Shown: positions 20,201 through 29,894 of the stretch, piece by piece
Layout: each line of letters opens with the position of its first letter
Position numbering within the stretch: the stretch's first letter is position 1
DNA from: a virus
Length of the DNA: 64,000 nt
UHGV virus genome: UHGV-1368192
Strand: one strand, 5' to 3'
Program-made: the position numbers and the translations under genes
The notes under the pieces: generated by a model
What the model saw: only the letters and a program-made list of their open reading frames with translations
Told to the model about the DNA's origin: nothing
Database searches by the model: none

Positions 20201-21959
20201 TCCCCATGTCTCGGATAATCTCATCCTTCAGAGCTGCTCTTGCAGCGCCTTCGGTTTCAAATAGCTTGTTGCCATAGCCATCCTTTGCATCCTTAAAGTA
20301 CTTGATGACCAGGTCTATTATGATCTCAGCCATCTTATCCTTGAGGTCGTACTTCTTTATAGATGCATCAATACTCGTCTTGTTATCCGAGATGTTCTTC
20401 CTGATTTTCTCTGTAAACGCTATCAGCCTAGCTCTCTCGCTATCAGACATCTGTATAGCCTCTGACCCCTCCGTCTTATTAAGCATCAATATGATGTCAT
20501 TGGCAAGTTCTTCGTTTTCCTCAAGATTCTTTGCCACCATATAGATGTTCCTGAGGAGAGAGGCAGAGACGTTATACGCAACAAGACTCTTATCACCATT
20601 CGTTAGGATGTTATCCACGTCCTTCATCTGGTCTACAACGGCAGACGCATAGTCGTTCATGATAGTCAGGCCCTCAATGAGGCTATCTATAGCGTCCACA
20701 GCGATAGCCGTGCCAAGGGCTGAGTTCACTCGACCTGATGCAACACCAAGCAGGTTTCGGGCTCCATCGATGTAATCGATCCTATCCTCGTCAAGGTTAG
20801 TCCTAAAGAGCTCGCCCTTCTTGACTGACTGACTGTAGAAGGCGTTGATCCTACTCTTTAGCTCCTCTGCGATCCTATTGATCCCAGCGATCTCATTCTT
20901 GATTCCTGTGCTGTTAGCGATGGCAGCATACAAGCTCCTACCCTTCACGATCTCAGAGAGGTGCTCATTAGAAAGCAGCGCCTTCTTGGCTACAATCTTA
21001 CTGGCATAATCCCTGAAGAGTCTGTCGGTGTGCTCTACCTCATTGAGGAAGACTCCGTCAGTGATGCCATGGAAGAGATCCTTGATAGCCTGCCAGATGC
21101 GGCTGAGGAAGGAATAGTGTTTTCCTTCGTACTGTCCGAGGATATGCTGAGTGAGGAGCTTGGCCATTGCCTCTCTCCTCAGAAGGTCCTGTGAGCCATC
21201 ATAGAGCTCGCTGTACGTCTCAAACTCCTTGCCTAGTATCTCCTTCACCTGGGCACTAGATATCGCGTTAGAGAGCCTCTCACGCAATGCTGGTGGTGCA
21301 AACTCCAACGCGATGTGTGCAAGCTCCTCGGTGAGGACCTCATTAGATGAGCCATTAGCCACGCGGATGAGTGCAGCCAGCTTATTGGTGGCTTGTGCGG
21401 TCTCGAGGAAGACGGTCTCGCCTGCCTGTCTCAGTCCTTCCTCAATGGCCTCGAAGTGCTCTACAGGAATGCCGTAGTGTTCAAGGAGCGCCATGATCCT
21501 ACCACGTAGGACAGCCTGCCTCTCAGCATCAGCCTTGGCTTCCCTATCCTCGGTATAGGACAACTTGTATCCTTCCTCAGTCACCTCAGGCACCAAGGGC
21601 GTACGCTCGGAGATAGGATCCTTGTTACCTTTCCTCACAGCCGCAAAGGCAGAATCGTAGGTCTCAAAGTGATTATCCTCGCCAGCATACGTACGGACCA
21701 TATAGGATCCGTACGAGCTAGCAGGGAACATATCCCCGACCGGGGTCAGGGCCAGGACATCTCGTCCTGACCACTGGCCTTGATCGTTTTTCTTTAGGTC
21801 ATGCCCATAGTCTTCAAACCACTTGCTGATGGATGCGTAGTAGGCATCTACTGTCGCGTTCCTATCTTGCAAGATGTCTCCAAGCTCCATGAACATCTTA
21901 CTTCTCTCTTTCCCACGCGGTGTCTCAACCGTTGGGTACATTACACATGACTTACTCAT
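17208..21959 (-). CDS. giant protein (1583 aa), putative virion or ejected protein
   Basis: 4.75 kb ORF on the minus strand. It overlaps the upstream giant gene by 4 nt. No recognisable catalytic motif. Confidence 0.5.
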   Translation of the reverse strand: MSKSCVMYPTVETPRGKERSKMFMELGDILQDRNATVDAYYASISKWFEDYGHDLKKNDQGQWSGRDVLALTPVGDMFPASSYGSYMVRTYAGEDNHFETYDSAFAAVRKGNKDPISERTPLVPEVTEEGYKLSYTEDREAKADAERQAVLRGRIMALLEHYGIPVEHFEAIEEGLRQAGETVFLETAQATNKLAALIRVANGSSNEVLTEELAHIALEFAPPALRERLSNAISSAQVKEILGKEFETYSELYDGSQDLLRREAMAKLLTQHILGQYEGKHYSFLSRIWQAIKDLFHGITDGVFLNEVEHTDRLFRDYASKIVAKKALLSNEHLSEIVKGRSLYAAIANSTGIKNEIAGINRIAEELKSRINAFYSQSVKKGELFRTNLDEDRIDYIDGARNLLGVASGRVNSALGTAIAVDAIDSLIEGLTIMNDYASAVVDQMKDVDNILTNGDKSLVAYNVSASLLRNIYMVAKNLEENEELANDIILMLNKTEGSEAIQMSDSERARLIAFTEKIRKNISDNKTSIDASIKKYDLKDKMAEIIIDLVIKYFKDAKDGYGNKLFETEGAARAALKDEIIRDMGKYSSKNNKFSAFLTPVATNGDLIHVLIARFIKATENRGNMAIMARSQATESKLTEIKEKHNLQNEDQWSLRRDKNGRITGEIVSPFKWLEFEAEKEKIAEKVEKGLNEKLAEYRRIHKANMDYESVHQERRGLEEYYKEEWEREHGSKLTEEYIVGQREDGSDIVETLPGDFFRNEEYYNLSDGQKEFVDALYDIKKDLDVWSGLKPEPWKLPLFARRGSSKELNPIKRVAAINWKQKILGGVIGIEEYEGVHTRDPLGTLLFVHKPKGYTQFGLELSKNPDVDYLTDPIGAMKNYAASSAYYTRMAAIRHIVELTRILDVENRGYHSRKNGVGRDKMADYDAYINRTIYEKNVINDERPDWDKRLDAAMDPFNDLVYVTGLGLNAVSGIKNLINGFLRATALGDSRTGYNATSLVKAILLAHREIPSRWKFNKRGIVEDPLTSLLFLMDSSHDGREAFMQGNVSQVRSLMSLFSTETLMAPLTMGDEWMKTSFAIAYLLNVEAGELNPEAKEKFKGKSLYDYMKDLKAPEGVRMTKFVEDSLIAFSGAKNREEMYNWLGGHSQRLLLGTQRTLGAYNDNDRAAANSYAIGRAVLTFRNWMPVIISDMFRGTRYNAQNQEFEEGAYTTLWKMMHVKGEDGKDSISAMHALGTAAVAMFVPFMISKTLRGAVQKKFHLSDMQANNLHRLGRSALIVHAMRALTDTLYVAMLTMGFADDDDDEPWYETLAQLALHFLTSLTPLLGPYAVKLGLIHTDLYDRMRRNYARYNEAADKSTSQQLETAKRFLNKQMKDISLGIIADLYGLASAGSNELHPGDPIAFAMAMVQNNMFGAGAGVKKMDFGQSIESMATSGVAGYKTMMSLFSGIGDTYNRIVNNSQEGKKKANPTEWENENRYIEESDDSFIVKAWRRYKNDMENGSPADRTFWNVFVVGIIGRNMFNIPFVGDSFREKQMKDIKKYQPTYLTPLPDNFFMKYNNLAGDAVLDYGVFHRDSDDDE

Positions 21960-24900
21960 TGTCTACATGCATTATTATTCTCTTCTGTTTGAGTCTTCTC
22001 AACCTCTGCTATCACGCCAAAGAGCGGAGAGTATGATACGGCTTCTGAATGAGCCTTGGCCTTGAGTGGTCCGGACTGCTCTATCAACCCATTCTCAGCC
22101 AGGCGAACGAGATTCAGCTTCTCAGGCTGCGCTCTCTGGAGCGAAGGTAATAGATAGTCTCCGTCCATCCTATAGTCGTTGTACAGCGTTCCATCCTCGG
22201 TCACGATACCCCTTGGGTCGATCCTGGTGTAGACCGTGTCCCCTGCGTAGGCTCTACTGTCTATGCCCTGGACGTAGATGATGCCACGGTTGGGCTGATC
22301 CTTATCTGCGATGACATAGACAGGATCCCTCTTCTCACTTGTCACCATGATATAGTCAGGAGCGATACCGCCTGTGGTCTCCAGTAGTGCGACAGCGTCT
22401 TGCTGTGGCACAACACGGCCAATCTTCCTGATGTTCTCCCTGACGTAGTTCTGCATGAACTGATGAGTGAACTCAGTATCTAGCTCCTGTCCAGCCCTCA
22501 GCTCAAGGGCATCGAACTTGATCCTCTCAAGCATCGCGTTGCGCCCCATCATAAGAGCCTTCACTGACTGAGGTATAGCCTGTAGCATAGCCTTCATGTT
22601 CGGATTACCACTCATGTAGGTTGCGTACAGAGCTAAGCCCTTGAGGAGCTCATAGTCCCTAAGAGCCTTTGCACGCTCTACACCGGTCAGTCGAGTGTTG
22701 TGCGCCTGCTCGATGATATCCTCAAAGGCAGCTGTAGCCTTCGCCATGGCCTTCTCCTCACTCGGAGTACCAAGACTCTTGAAGACCAACGACTGGAACG
22801 TCCTCTTCTTCCATTGCTTGTCGATGAGGACAGGTACGATGTTCTCCTTGCCGAGACCTACTATCTTCTTCAGGGACTCTGGTGCAGTCCTATTGAAAAT
22901 GTCTGGGAACTTGGTGATAATCTCCTGCGCCAGGACATTCTTCTTTTCCTCATCCTCAGAGTAGGTAGTGATAGCTGAGCTTACGTACTGATCGTATGCA
23001 GAGAGGAACTTCTTAGTAAAGTCCATCGTAGGCTTTACACCGAGTCTCCTAGCCGTCTCTACGATAGAGAGGGCAAACATAGGTGATACCTTAGGGTTGT
23101 AGACAGACTCTGCATACATCGTTCCGAAAAGACCAAGGCCCAGATACATCCTGTAGAAGTGCCCATCCTTGTTCTGCTCGATGAAGGTCTTAGTGGTAGC
23201 ATTAGGACTGAGCCCTGGCAGAGTCCTCAGTGGTACGATGATACCCTCATGCCTGATATACCTGTGATTCTGCGCGCGCTCGATCTGGTCGATAGACTTG
23301 ACCATAGCGAAGACAGACTCATTGACACCACCCTTAGGTCCGCTTGAGGAGACATCAGACTTGCTCTGGAAGACAAGGTCCTTGATCTCTGATGCAGCAT
23401 TCACCACGTCTATGAGGAGGTCAGCAACACGCTTGACGGACTCCTTCGTTCTTAGATCCAACTTATTGAATGCCTCTACTACCTTGTCGTCAGTAGCATT
23501 GAGAGCCTCCTTGATGAGATCCTGGGTCTCGAACTTAGAACATTCTATAAGGTCCTCCATAGACACGTCTACAGATCTATTGCTTTTAACCTCACCGCCC
23601 TGAGCTAGCGCCTTGAAGAGAGCCTGTGATCGTCCCTCATCACCCTCGAGGTTGGCAATGTGCTTCCACAGAGGTGTGGCAGTGATAAGACCAATGATGC
23701 TCCCTGGCACACCCATCCTCACCATAGTGGCGATGATAGACGCATTATCCATAGTGATGTCAGCAAGACCGATCACAGGGTCCTTAGCGTTATCCACAGA
23801 TGCAGCGCTGTACTCCTCAAGGATACGAGAGACATACGTCTTGTCGTCGCCTATCATTCCATTGAGTGACTGATATGTTGCGCCAGCGATCTTAATGGGT
23901 TTCTCCAGCTCGAGGAGCTGTGCCTGCTGGAAGACGCTCGTAGCGGTGTTCTCATTAGCGAATACACCTACGAGACCGAGACCAGCCTTGTTCTGTCTCT
24001 GCATCTCCATCTCCACCTCAGACAGGGCGATGTTCTTGCCTGACCTAAAGATATCTACGATCTCATTGATCTTGTCGAGGTCGAGGTTATGCAGGTATTC
24101 AAAGATGACCTTGTCACCGATCTTCTTGTCAGCCTTGTCGTCAAGGACCTGCTCAAGGATCTCCTCAAGCCTCTCCTTGCTTATCTTACTGATGATGTAG
24201 CCAATCTTCAGGTCCTTCTTCACACCATCATAACCGCCAGGCTGTGCCATCTCTAAGGCCGCCTGTGGGCTCCTCAGAACGCCTCTGATGATGTCAAAGA
24301 GTACGTTGGTTCTCTGCCTTTGGTTGAGATCCCTGGTGTTGACACCGCCATTCTTGAAGACTTCTGCAGCTGAGTAGTTGATGTCAAGAACTGCGGGCCT
24401 CTTAGGCATCTTCTTGTCACCTCTGATCTGAGCCTGACGCACCTTCTCATCATAGTCCTTCTTGATTTCAGCGATCTTCTTTTTGCCAGGACCAACATCC
24501 TTCTTCATAAAGAAGAGCTTGTCGACGTCGAAGTCAAAGCCCGCCTGAGCAATACACTCATGAGGAACCTGGATAACACCACCGGCAACACGAGGCAGGA
24601 AGCCCACGATACGGAGAGGGAAGGCTGAGTACTTAGACTCGGTAGGAATACGATAAGCTACAAGCTCAAGGAGATCCTCTCTACCATCCTTCTCAATCTT
24701 CTTGACATCGATCTCTCCCTTCTCATTAGCGTACTCAAGGATCTCGCTAGAGTGTGGCGTGACACGTACAGGTACGTAGTCGATGGACCCATCCTCCTTG
24801 TACTGAACCTTCAGGTCGTTAGACGCTTCAGCTGAGCTCATCTGGATGAGTGATCCCCCAGGGACCATCATCTTATAGATCTTCTTCGCTGCCATCGCGT

Positions 24901-27900
24901 AGAAGGCAGAGTGCAGAGCATCCTGGAACGAAGGATCGTAGATGTCGTTCGTGAAGTGCTTACGTCCGTACTCGTCTACGTGAACCTCAAGGTAGTCCTC
25001 GCTAGATGGATCGTAATAGTCACTATCCATAAGTGCATCAAGTATCTTTCTCCTCAGACGATCGAAGCGCTTGTTGTAGCTCTTGACACTCTTCTTGCTG
25101 ATACCCTCGCTGTCAGGGTTCATCTCGATACCTGACTTGATGAACTCATCGATAGCGTGCTGACCTACGATCTCATTGATGGCTGCCTTGATCTGATAGC
25201 CAGACACCTCTACTCCGGCGATCTCAAAGGTATCCAGGTTATTGAGGTTGGTCGTGATGATCTTCCTCAGCTGTGTACCAAGCCTCTGCCACGTGTTGAA
25301 AGAGTGAAGGGGCGTTGAGGTCTGGATACCATAGTACTTATACGGCATGTCCTTGACCTTCTTTTCGTCAAGTTTGATACGACCATTCTCATCTCTATCC
25401 ACTATGTGTCTCTTCCTACCATCGATCTCCACCTCTGTGCTAGACTCTACTAGCTGCGCGGTGATAAAGTCAGAGATATCATCAGTCATGATCTTTGAGA
25501 ACTCAGCCCTGTACTTCTCTACCTCTTCCTCAGACAGCTCCTTCTTCTTTACGTAGTCTGCCATATTCTCATCGAACTCCTCAAGACTAGCAGCTGTGAT
25601 GGTCCTCTTCTTGCCGTTGTTGACCTCGAACGTGTACTTGATAGGAGCGATATTATCCAGGCTGAGGTCTACGGTAGCATAGTTACCTACCTTAGATGCA
25701 CTATTATACTCAATAGCGTCGATCTGGTTATCCTCCATGAACTTCACAAGCGCATTGAGGAAAGGAGAAGATACCCCTTCCTCATTAAGTCCAGTGAGGA
25801 GAGCCTCAGAGTGCTTGTACTGCTGAATGACCTTGGTATCCCTATCACCGTCCTTGACATGGATGTCGCCGTAGTACAGGCTCTTGATGACATTAAAGCG
25901 GTGGTCCTTGATCTTGGCGTAGTCAGGCTCACGACCTTCCTTGATAGCATTAGCCATCTCCTCAAGAGCTTCGATAGCTCCATCAGTATAACCCTGCCCT
26001 GAACCCTCAAGGATACGCTTGTAGCCTGAAGGTGACAGCCAAGCCTGTCCGTCGGTAGCTGTGATCTCGCTATAGGCCTTGAGTGAAGCGTCATAGCCAG
26101 CCTTGGTGATAAGCCCAAGCTCTTTCTTCTTATCGAGGATAGCCTTGATCTCCTTGGTTAGCCTATCAGCCATACGGTCATTGATGACGACAGTACGCCT
26201 TACAGCGTTCTTCTCCATGTCAAGCCTCTGGGTATTACTCTGCGCCTGCTTAGCACGCTTGACCTCATTGACCATACTACCAAGTACAGCCTTATCACCA
26301 TAGAGCAGATGTCCGATCTGGATCCTCCAGAACACACCATTGAAGGCAAGTGCATATTGCTCCATTGCTTCACCCTTATGGTCAAGGGCAAACTCATCCC
26401 ATGACTGTACCTCATTCTGAACCTCCTGATTGAACTGTATCTCTACCTCATTCCTCAGGACCTCCTCTAGTTTAGTGAGGTCCGTGTTACGAGCTCTGTT
26501 ATACGCGTGGATGAATTTCACCCTGTCGAGATCCGAGAGGTTCTTGTCAATCATGGCACTCATGATGTTGTACTCGATACCCTCGACCTTCGCTGTGAAG
26601 TCATTGAGCCCAGGTAGCGATACGAACCTATGAGCCATGCTATCCCTCTTACCGATCTTCATAGCCTTCTCCTTGCCAAAGAGCACGTGCTGAGCTCTCC
26701 TGGCTTCATTGTAGGCAAGCATGGTGAGGTGGTTTATAGCGAACTCTCTGTCGACCTTCCTCTTGTTTTCATCCTCCTTCATAGGATCGAGTCTCCTCAC
26801 CTTGACGAACTCAAGGGTGGATGCTTCTGCGGCTACAGGTAGGTGAGCCCAGTAGTAGGCGTTGTCCTTATCCCTCTGAGAGTCGTAGTAGAGGTTAGCA
26901 AGCTCATTGCTATTCCACTTGTTCATCTTGCGACCATTGTGCACAACGACTCTCTTCCTTGAGAATAACCCTGACACAAAGCTCTTCGCAACGTAAGCGT
27001 CATTGAGGAAGGCGTTAGCTGTATGATACTTGCCCTGTATTCCCTCTAACGCAACCTGATTCCTGTAGATCTCATCCTTGTCAAGATACTCGCGCCGTAT
27101 TGTATCTACGATCTTAGGATGCCTGTTGTTGCCCCTAAACTGTAGCTCCTGGAACGCCATATCACGATATGACGGTGCGAGGCTTGATGCAAAGAGGAGA
27201 CCCTCTACGCTTGTTCCAGTAGTGTCATAGCTCAATACTCCTGTGTAGAATACTGCGCTAATCTTTGATAGGCTACTATAGACGTATGAGAAGTCTGAAC
27301 CCCTCGTGAAGTCTATTGGCGACTTCAGCGTGAACTTCTTGCCGTCACCCATCTGAGCGGCAAGCTTTCTCAGGTTCTTTGCGTAGTCAGCTATTGAGAA
27401 TCTCAGCATGGTGAGGATGTCGTGACGTGATCCCGAAAGATTCCTATCCCCTGTTGGAGGCACAGTGCTTGCTGAATTGTTGTACCCTCTCGTTGTCTGT
27501 GCTGCCTTAGTCCATTCGATAGACAGCATCCTTGGCTCAACAAATATCCCAAACTTCTGCAGCAACTTAGACACGCGCTCCTGTAGCTGAATGAGTCTTT
27601 CGGCTTCAGTCAGCTTCATTTCAAGTCCACTGTCCATGCTGAAGTCCAGACCGACCAGGTCTATCATAGATTGGTCTATCTCTGTGGCGATCTTGTCTAT
27701 CTCCTCAACCGACAGTGTTAGACCATCTACACCAAAGGCTTCTGTGAACTTGCTTGCCCACTTACTGATGACATCAAGATTTGATGACCTATCCGCCATG
27801 AACACAAATCCCTGGCTATCTCTGACAGCGTACTTTATCCTGATCTTGTTTATCGCAGAGAACAGCTGTGATGCCATAGCCCTCATCCTCTTGCGCTTCT

Positions 27901-29827
27901 GGATGGACTCTTCGTTCCTGTAGTCAATGTAAGGGCGCAGCTGCTTTATCCATGGCTCTACGGTCTCCATAACTTCAAGACGCTCAAGCATGTCCTCGCT
28001 GTTCTCAATGCCCTCCATAAGAGAGGCAAGGGTATTGTAGGTCTCACCAAGTGACTTGAACTTAGTGTACCCGAACGAGTCGGTGATAGGCTTGCCGTCA
28101 AGATCCACATCCTCGATGACTGAGAATAGAGCCCTTACCGCTGGGGTGATAGTCGACATTACTGACTTCTCCTCAGCCTCAAGGAACCTGACATCCTCTC
28201 CAGCATCTCCTTCCTCAGAACTCCCTGTCTCCTCAGAGTCTTCTGCCTGGTCTCCTTCCTCATCGAAGAGGTCGTCAAAGAGATTACCCTCATATAGGTC
28301 GTCATCTCCGTCTTCTTCCTCATCAGCATCTTTGAGCTCCTCAGCCTCGCTGATCTTCTCAAGAGCTATGGTAGAGCCAAGTATCGATCTTGCGACCTTG
28401 TTGGTGGCAAGGTGGAACATCCTCTCATCCTTATCGATATTCGTCTCGATATTCTTTAGGGTGTCCCTCTCACTCATCACGAAGCCATAGGATGCCGCTA
28501 CGGCCTCTATAATAGCATCACGCTGCTTTGATATCTCTGGGTCGTTCTGAAGCCGTACAGCCTTGATGATAGCCTCGTCAAGGGCTGTCCTGTCGAGGAG
28601 CCCATTAGGATCCTCACTAAATACCAAGTACGTCTTGAGTGCCTCAGCAAAGATTTCCTTGTCCTCAAGCCCTACGTTCCTCAGTGCCCTATCAATGATG
28701 ACATCCTTAGCCATCTTATCAGCCTTGTCTATGCGATTGCTGATAGCGGCCTTGGTTAGAGCGTATAGAGTCTCCTTAGATTCCTTGCTCTTGAAGTCAT
28801 GTAGGAACCCACCATCTTCCTTGAGGAGAGAAGAGACAACGCCCTTGACAACATCTGTAAGGACTCTCTGTTCCCTTCTGTTCTTCCTGCTCTCTATAGC
28901 TCGTGCGGAAGCGTCTGCGTTCTGTCGGTAGCCAAGGACCGATGCGTCATGAAGAACCCTGACACCCTTATCCACCATATTCTTAGCTTCTGTCGCTATA
29001 AGGCTATAGATCGTTGAGTCTACTACACCCATGGCGTTTCGCTCGGCTACAGATAGCATCCTGATCTCTCCGTTACCAGCCAAGCTATGAAGCACATCGA
29101 TGACCGACATCTTAGCCTTCATGGCTTCGTTGACCATATTAGTAGAGACATCGACAAACTCTTCCTTGATCCTTGCTACAGCGTCATCGCTAAGCCTCGT
29201 CTTGCCGTCTCCGTTCTTGATAAGCTCATTGAGCACAGCGCCGGTATCGACGCTCCCATCTGACTTACGGTAGTCCTTGAAGCCCGACTGAATGATCTTG
29301 GCAACTCGCTCGATGTTCTTCTCAAGGTCACTCCTATCCAGGGCGTATCTCGCGCGCTTCTTGTAAACATTGTCAAGGATACGAACGAGGATAGCCGAGT
29401 TGAGATCGTTGATCTTACCTATAGCGTCCTGCGTCAGGAACTCATAGGCGTTGTTCTCCAATGCGTTCTGGATATAGAGTGGCACGTAAGACATGACAGC
29501 CTTGTACCCATCAGTCTCCTGGATGGGTCGACCATCAGGCTTCATCTTTCCGATCTTATCCAGTACTGCATCAACCTCCTCATTATTCTTGATAAGCTCC
29601 TGGAACTTGCGCTCAAGGATACGGATCGTGCTCTTCTTAGTAAGCTGATCGTTAGTAAACTCGTACCCTTGCGTCATCTCGGTATAAGCAATAAGCGCCT
29701 GGACCTTTTCTACTTTGTCGGCCAGGTGCTTGATTGGACTCATACCTTCTTGCCCTTCATACTCGGACTCGTTGATCAACTTCTTGATCTCCTCGTATGT
29801 CTCGGGGCTCAGTATTCTACAATGCAT
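21956..29827 (-). CDS. giant protein (2623 aa), candidate virion-packaged RNA polymerase
   Basis: 7.9 kb ORF. It contains AQAGFDFDVDKLFF, reminiscent of the DFDGD metal-binding loop of two-barrel RNA polymerases. Its size and context match crAss-like giant RNAP genes. Confidence 0.4.
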   Translation of the reverse strand: MHCRILSPETYEEIKKLINESEYEGQEGMSPIKHLADKVEKVQALIAYTEMTQGYEFTNDQLTKKSTIRILERKFQELIKNNEEVDAVLDKIGKMKPDGRPIQETDGYKAVMSYVPLYIQNALENNAYEFLTQDAIGKINDLNSAILVRILDNVYKKRARYALDRSDLEKNIERVAKIIQSGFKDYRKSDGSVDTGAVLNELIKNGDGKTRLSDDAVARIKEEFVDVSTNMVNEAMKAKMSVIDVLHSLAGNGEIRMLSVAERNAMGVVDSTIYSLIATEAKNMVDKGVRVLHDASVLGYRQNADASARAIESRKNRREQRVLTDVVKGVVSSLLKEDGGFLHDFKSKESKETLYALTKAAISNRIDKADKMAKDVIIDRALRNVGLEDKEIFAEALKTYLVFSEDPNGLLDRTALDEAIIKAVRLQNDPEISKQRDAIIEAVAASYGFVMSERDTLKNIETNIDKDERMFHLATNKVARSILGSTIALEKISEAEELKDADEEEDGDDDLYEGNLFDDLFDEEGDQAEDSEETGSSEEGDAGEDVRFLEAEEKSVMSTITPAVRALFSVIEDVDLDGKPITDSFGYTKFKSLGETYNTLASLMEGIENSEDMLERLEVMETVEPWIKQLRPYIDYRNEESIQKRKRMRAMASQLFSAINKIRIKYAVRDSQGFVFMADRSSNLDVISKWASKFTEAFGVDGLTLSVEEIDKIATEIDQSMIDLVGLDFSMDSGLEMKLTEAERLIQLQERVSKLLQKFGIFVEPRMLSIEWTKAAQTTRGYNNSASTVPPTGDRNLSGSRHDILTMLRFSIADYAKNLRKLAAQMGDGKKFTLKSPIDFTRGSDFSYVYSSLSKISAVFYTGVLSYDTTGTSVEGLLFASSLAPSYRDMAFQELQFRGNNRHPKIVDTIRREYLDKDEIYRNQVALEGIQGKYHTANAFLNDAYVAKSFVSGLFSRKRVVVHNGRKMNKWNSNELANLYYDSQRDKDNAYYWAHLPVAAEASTLEFVKVRRLDPMKEDENKRKVDREFAINHLTMLAYNEARRAQHVLFGKEKAMKIGKRDSMAHRFVSLPGLNDFTAKVEGIEYNIMSAMIDKNLSDLDRVKFIHAYNRARNTDLTKLEEVLRNEVEIQFNQEVQNEVQSWDEFALDHKGEAMEQYALAFNGVFWRIQIGHLLYGDKAVLGSMVNEVKRAKQAQSNTQRLDMEKNAVRRTVVINDRMADRLTKEIKAILDKKKELGLITKAGYDASLKAYSEITATDGQAWLSPSGYKRILEGSGQGYTDGAIEALEEMANAIKEGREPDYAKIKDHRFNVIKSLYYGDIHVKDGDRDTKVIQQYKHSEALLTGLNEEGVSSPFLNALVKFMEDNQIDAIEYNSASKVGNYATVDLSLDNIAPIKYTFEVNNGKKRTITAASLEEFDENMADYVKKKELSEEEVEKYRAEFSKIMTDDISDFITAQLVESSTEVEIDGRKRHIVDRDENGRIKLDEKKVKDMPYKYYGIQTSTPLHSFNTWQRLGTQLRKIITTNLNNLDTFEIAGVEVSGYQIKAAINEIVGQHAIDEFIKSGIEMNPDSEGISKKSVKSYNKRFDRLRRKILDALMDSDYYDPSSEDYLEVHVDEYGRKHFTNDIYDPSFQDALHSAFYAMAAKKIYKMMVPGGSLIQMSSAEASNDLKVQYKEDGSIDYVPVRVTPHSSEILEYANEKGEIDVKKIEKDGREDLLELVAYRIPTESKYSAFPLRIVGFLPRVAGGVIQVPHECIAQAGFDFDVDKLFFMKKDVGPGKKKIAEIKKDYDEKVRQAQIRGDKKMPKRPAVLDINYSAAEVFKNGGVNTRDLNQRQRTNVLFDIIRGVLRSPQAALEMAQPGGYDGVKKDLKIGYIISKISKERLEEILEQVLDDKADKKIGDKVIFEYLHNLDLDKINEIVDIFRSGKNIALSEVEMEMQRQNKAGLGLVGVFANENTATSVFQQAQLLELEKPIKIAGATYQSLNGMIGDDKTYVSRILEEYSAASVDNAKDPVIGLADITMDNASIIATMVRMGVPGSIIGLITATPLWKHIANLEGDEGRSQALFKALAQGGEVKSNRSVDVSMEDLIECSKFETQDLIKEALNATDDKVVEAFNKLDLRTKESVKRVADLLIDVVNAASEIKDLVFQSKSDVSSSGPKGGVNESVFAMVKSIDQIERAQNHRYIRHEGIIVPLRTLPGLSPNATTKTFIEQNKDGHFYRMYLGLGLFGTMYAESVYNPKVSPMFALSIVETARRLGVKPTMDFTKKFLSAYDQYVSSAITTYSEDEEKKNVLAQEIITKFPDIFNRTAPESLKKIVGLGKENIVPVLIDKQWKKRTFQSLVFKSLGTPSEEKAMAKATAAFEDIIEQAHNTRLTGVERAKALRDYELLKGLALYATYMSGNPNMKAMLQAIPQSVKALMMGRNAMLERIKFDALELRAGQELDTEFTHQFMQNYVRENIRKIGRVVPQQDAVALLETTGGIAPDYIMVTSEKRDPVYVIADKDQPNRGIIYVQGIDSRAYAGDTVYTRIDPRGIVTEDGTLYNDYRMDGDYLLPSLQRAQPEKLNLVRLAENGLIEQSGPLKAKAHSEAVSYSPLFGVIAEVEKTQTEENNNACRQ

Positions 29828-29894
29828 AGTCTATATTATATGTGATTCTATCCCAAAAAGAAGGGGTACGCACCCGAAAGTACGCACCCCTAAG

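Noticed and set aside
17272-29376. Numerous 60-190 aa ORFs antisense to the two giant minus-strand genes (for example 18174..18755, 28056..28490)
   Set aside because: They are embedded within long uninterrupted ORFs on the opposite strand. The translations are S/L/R-rich, typical of antisense frames. They have no spacing or start-context support.
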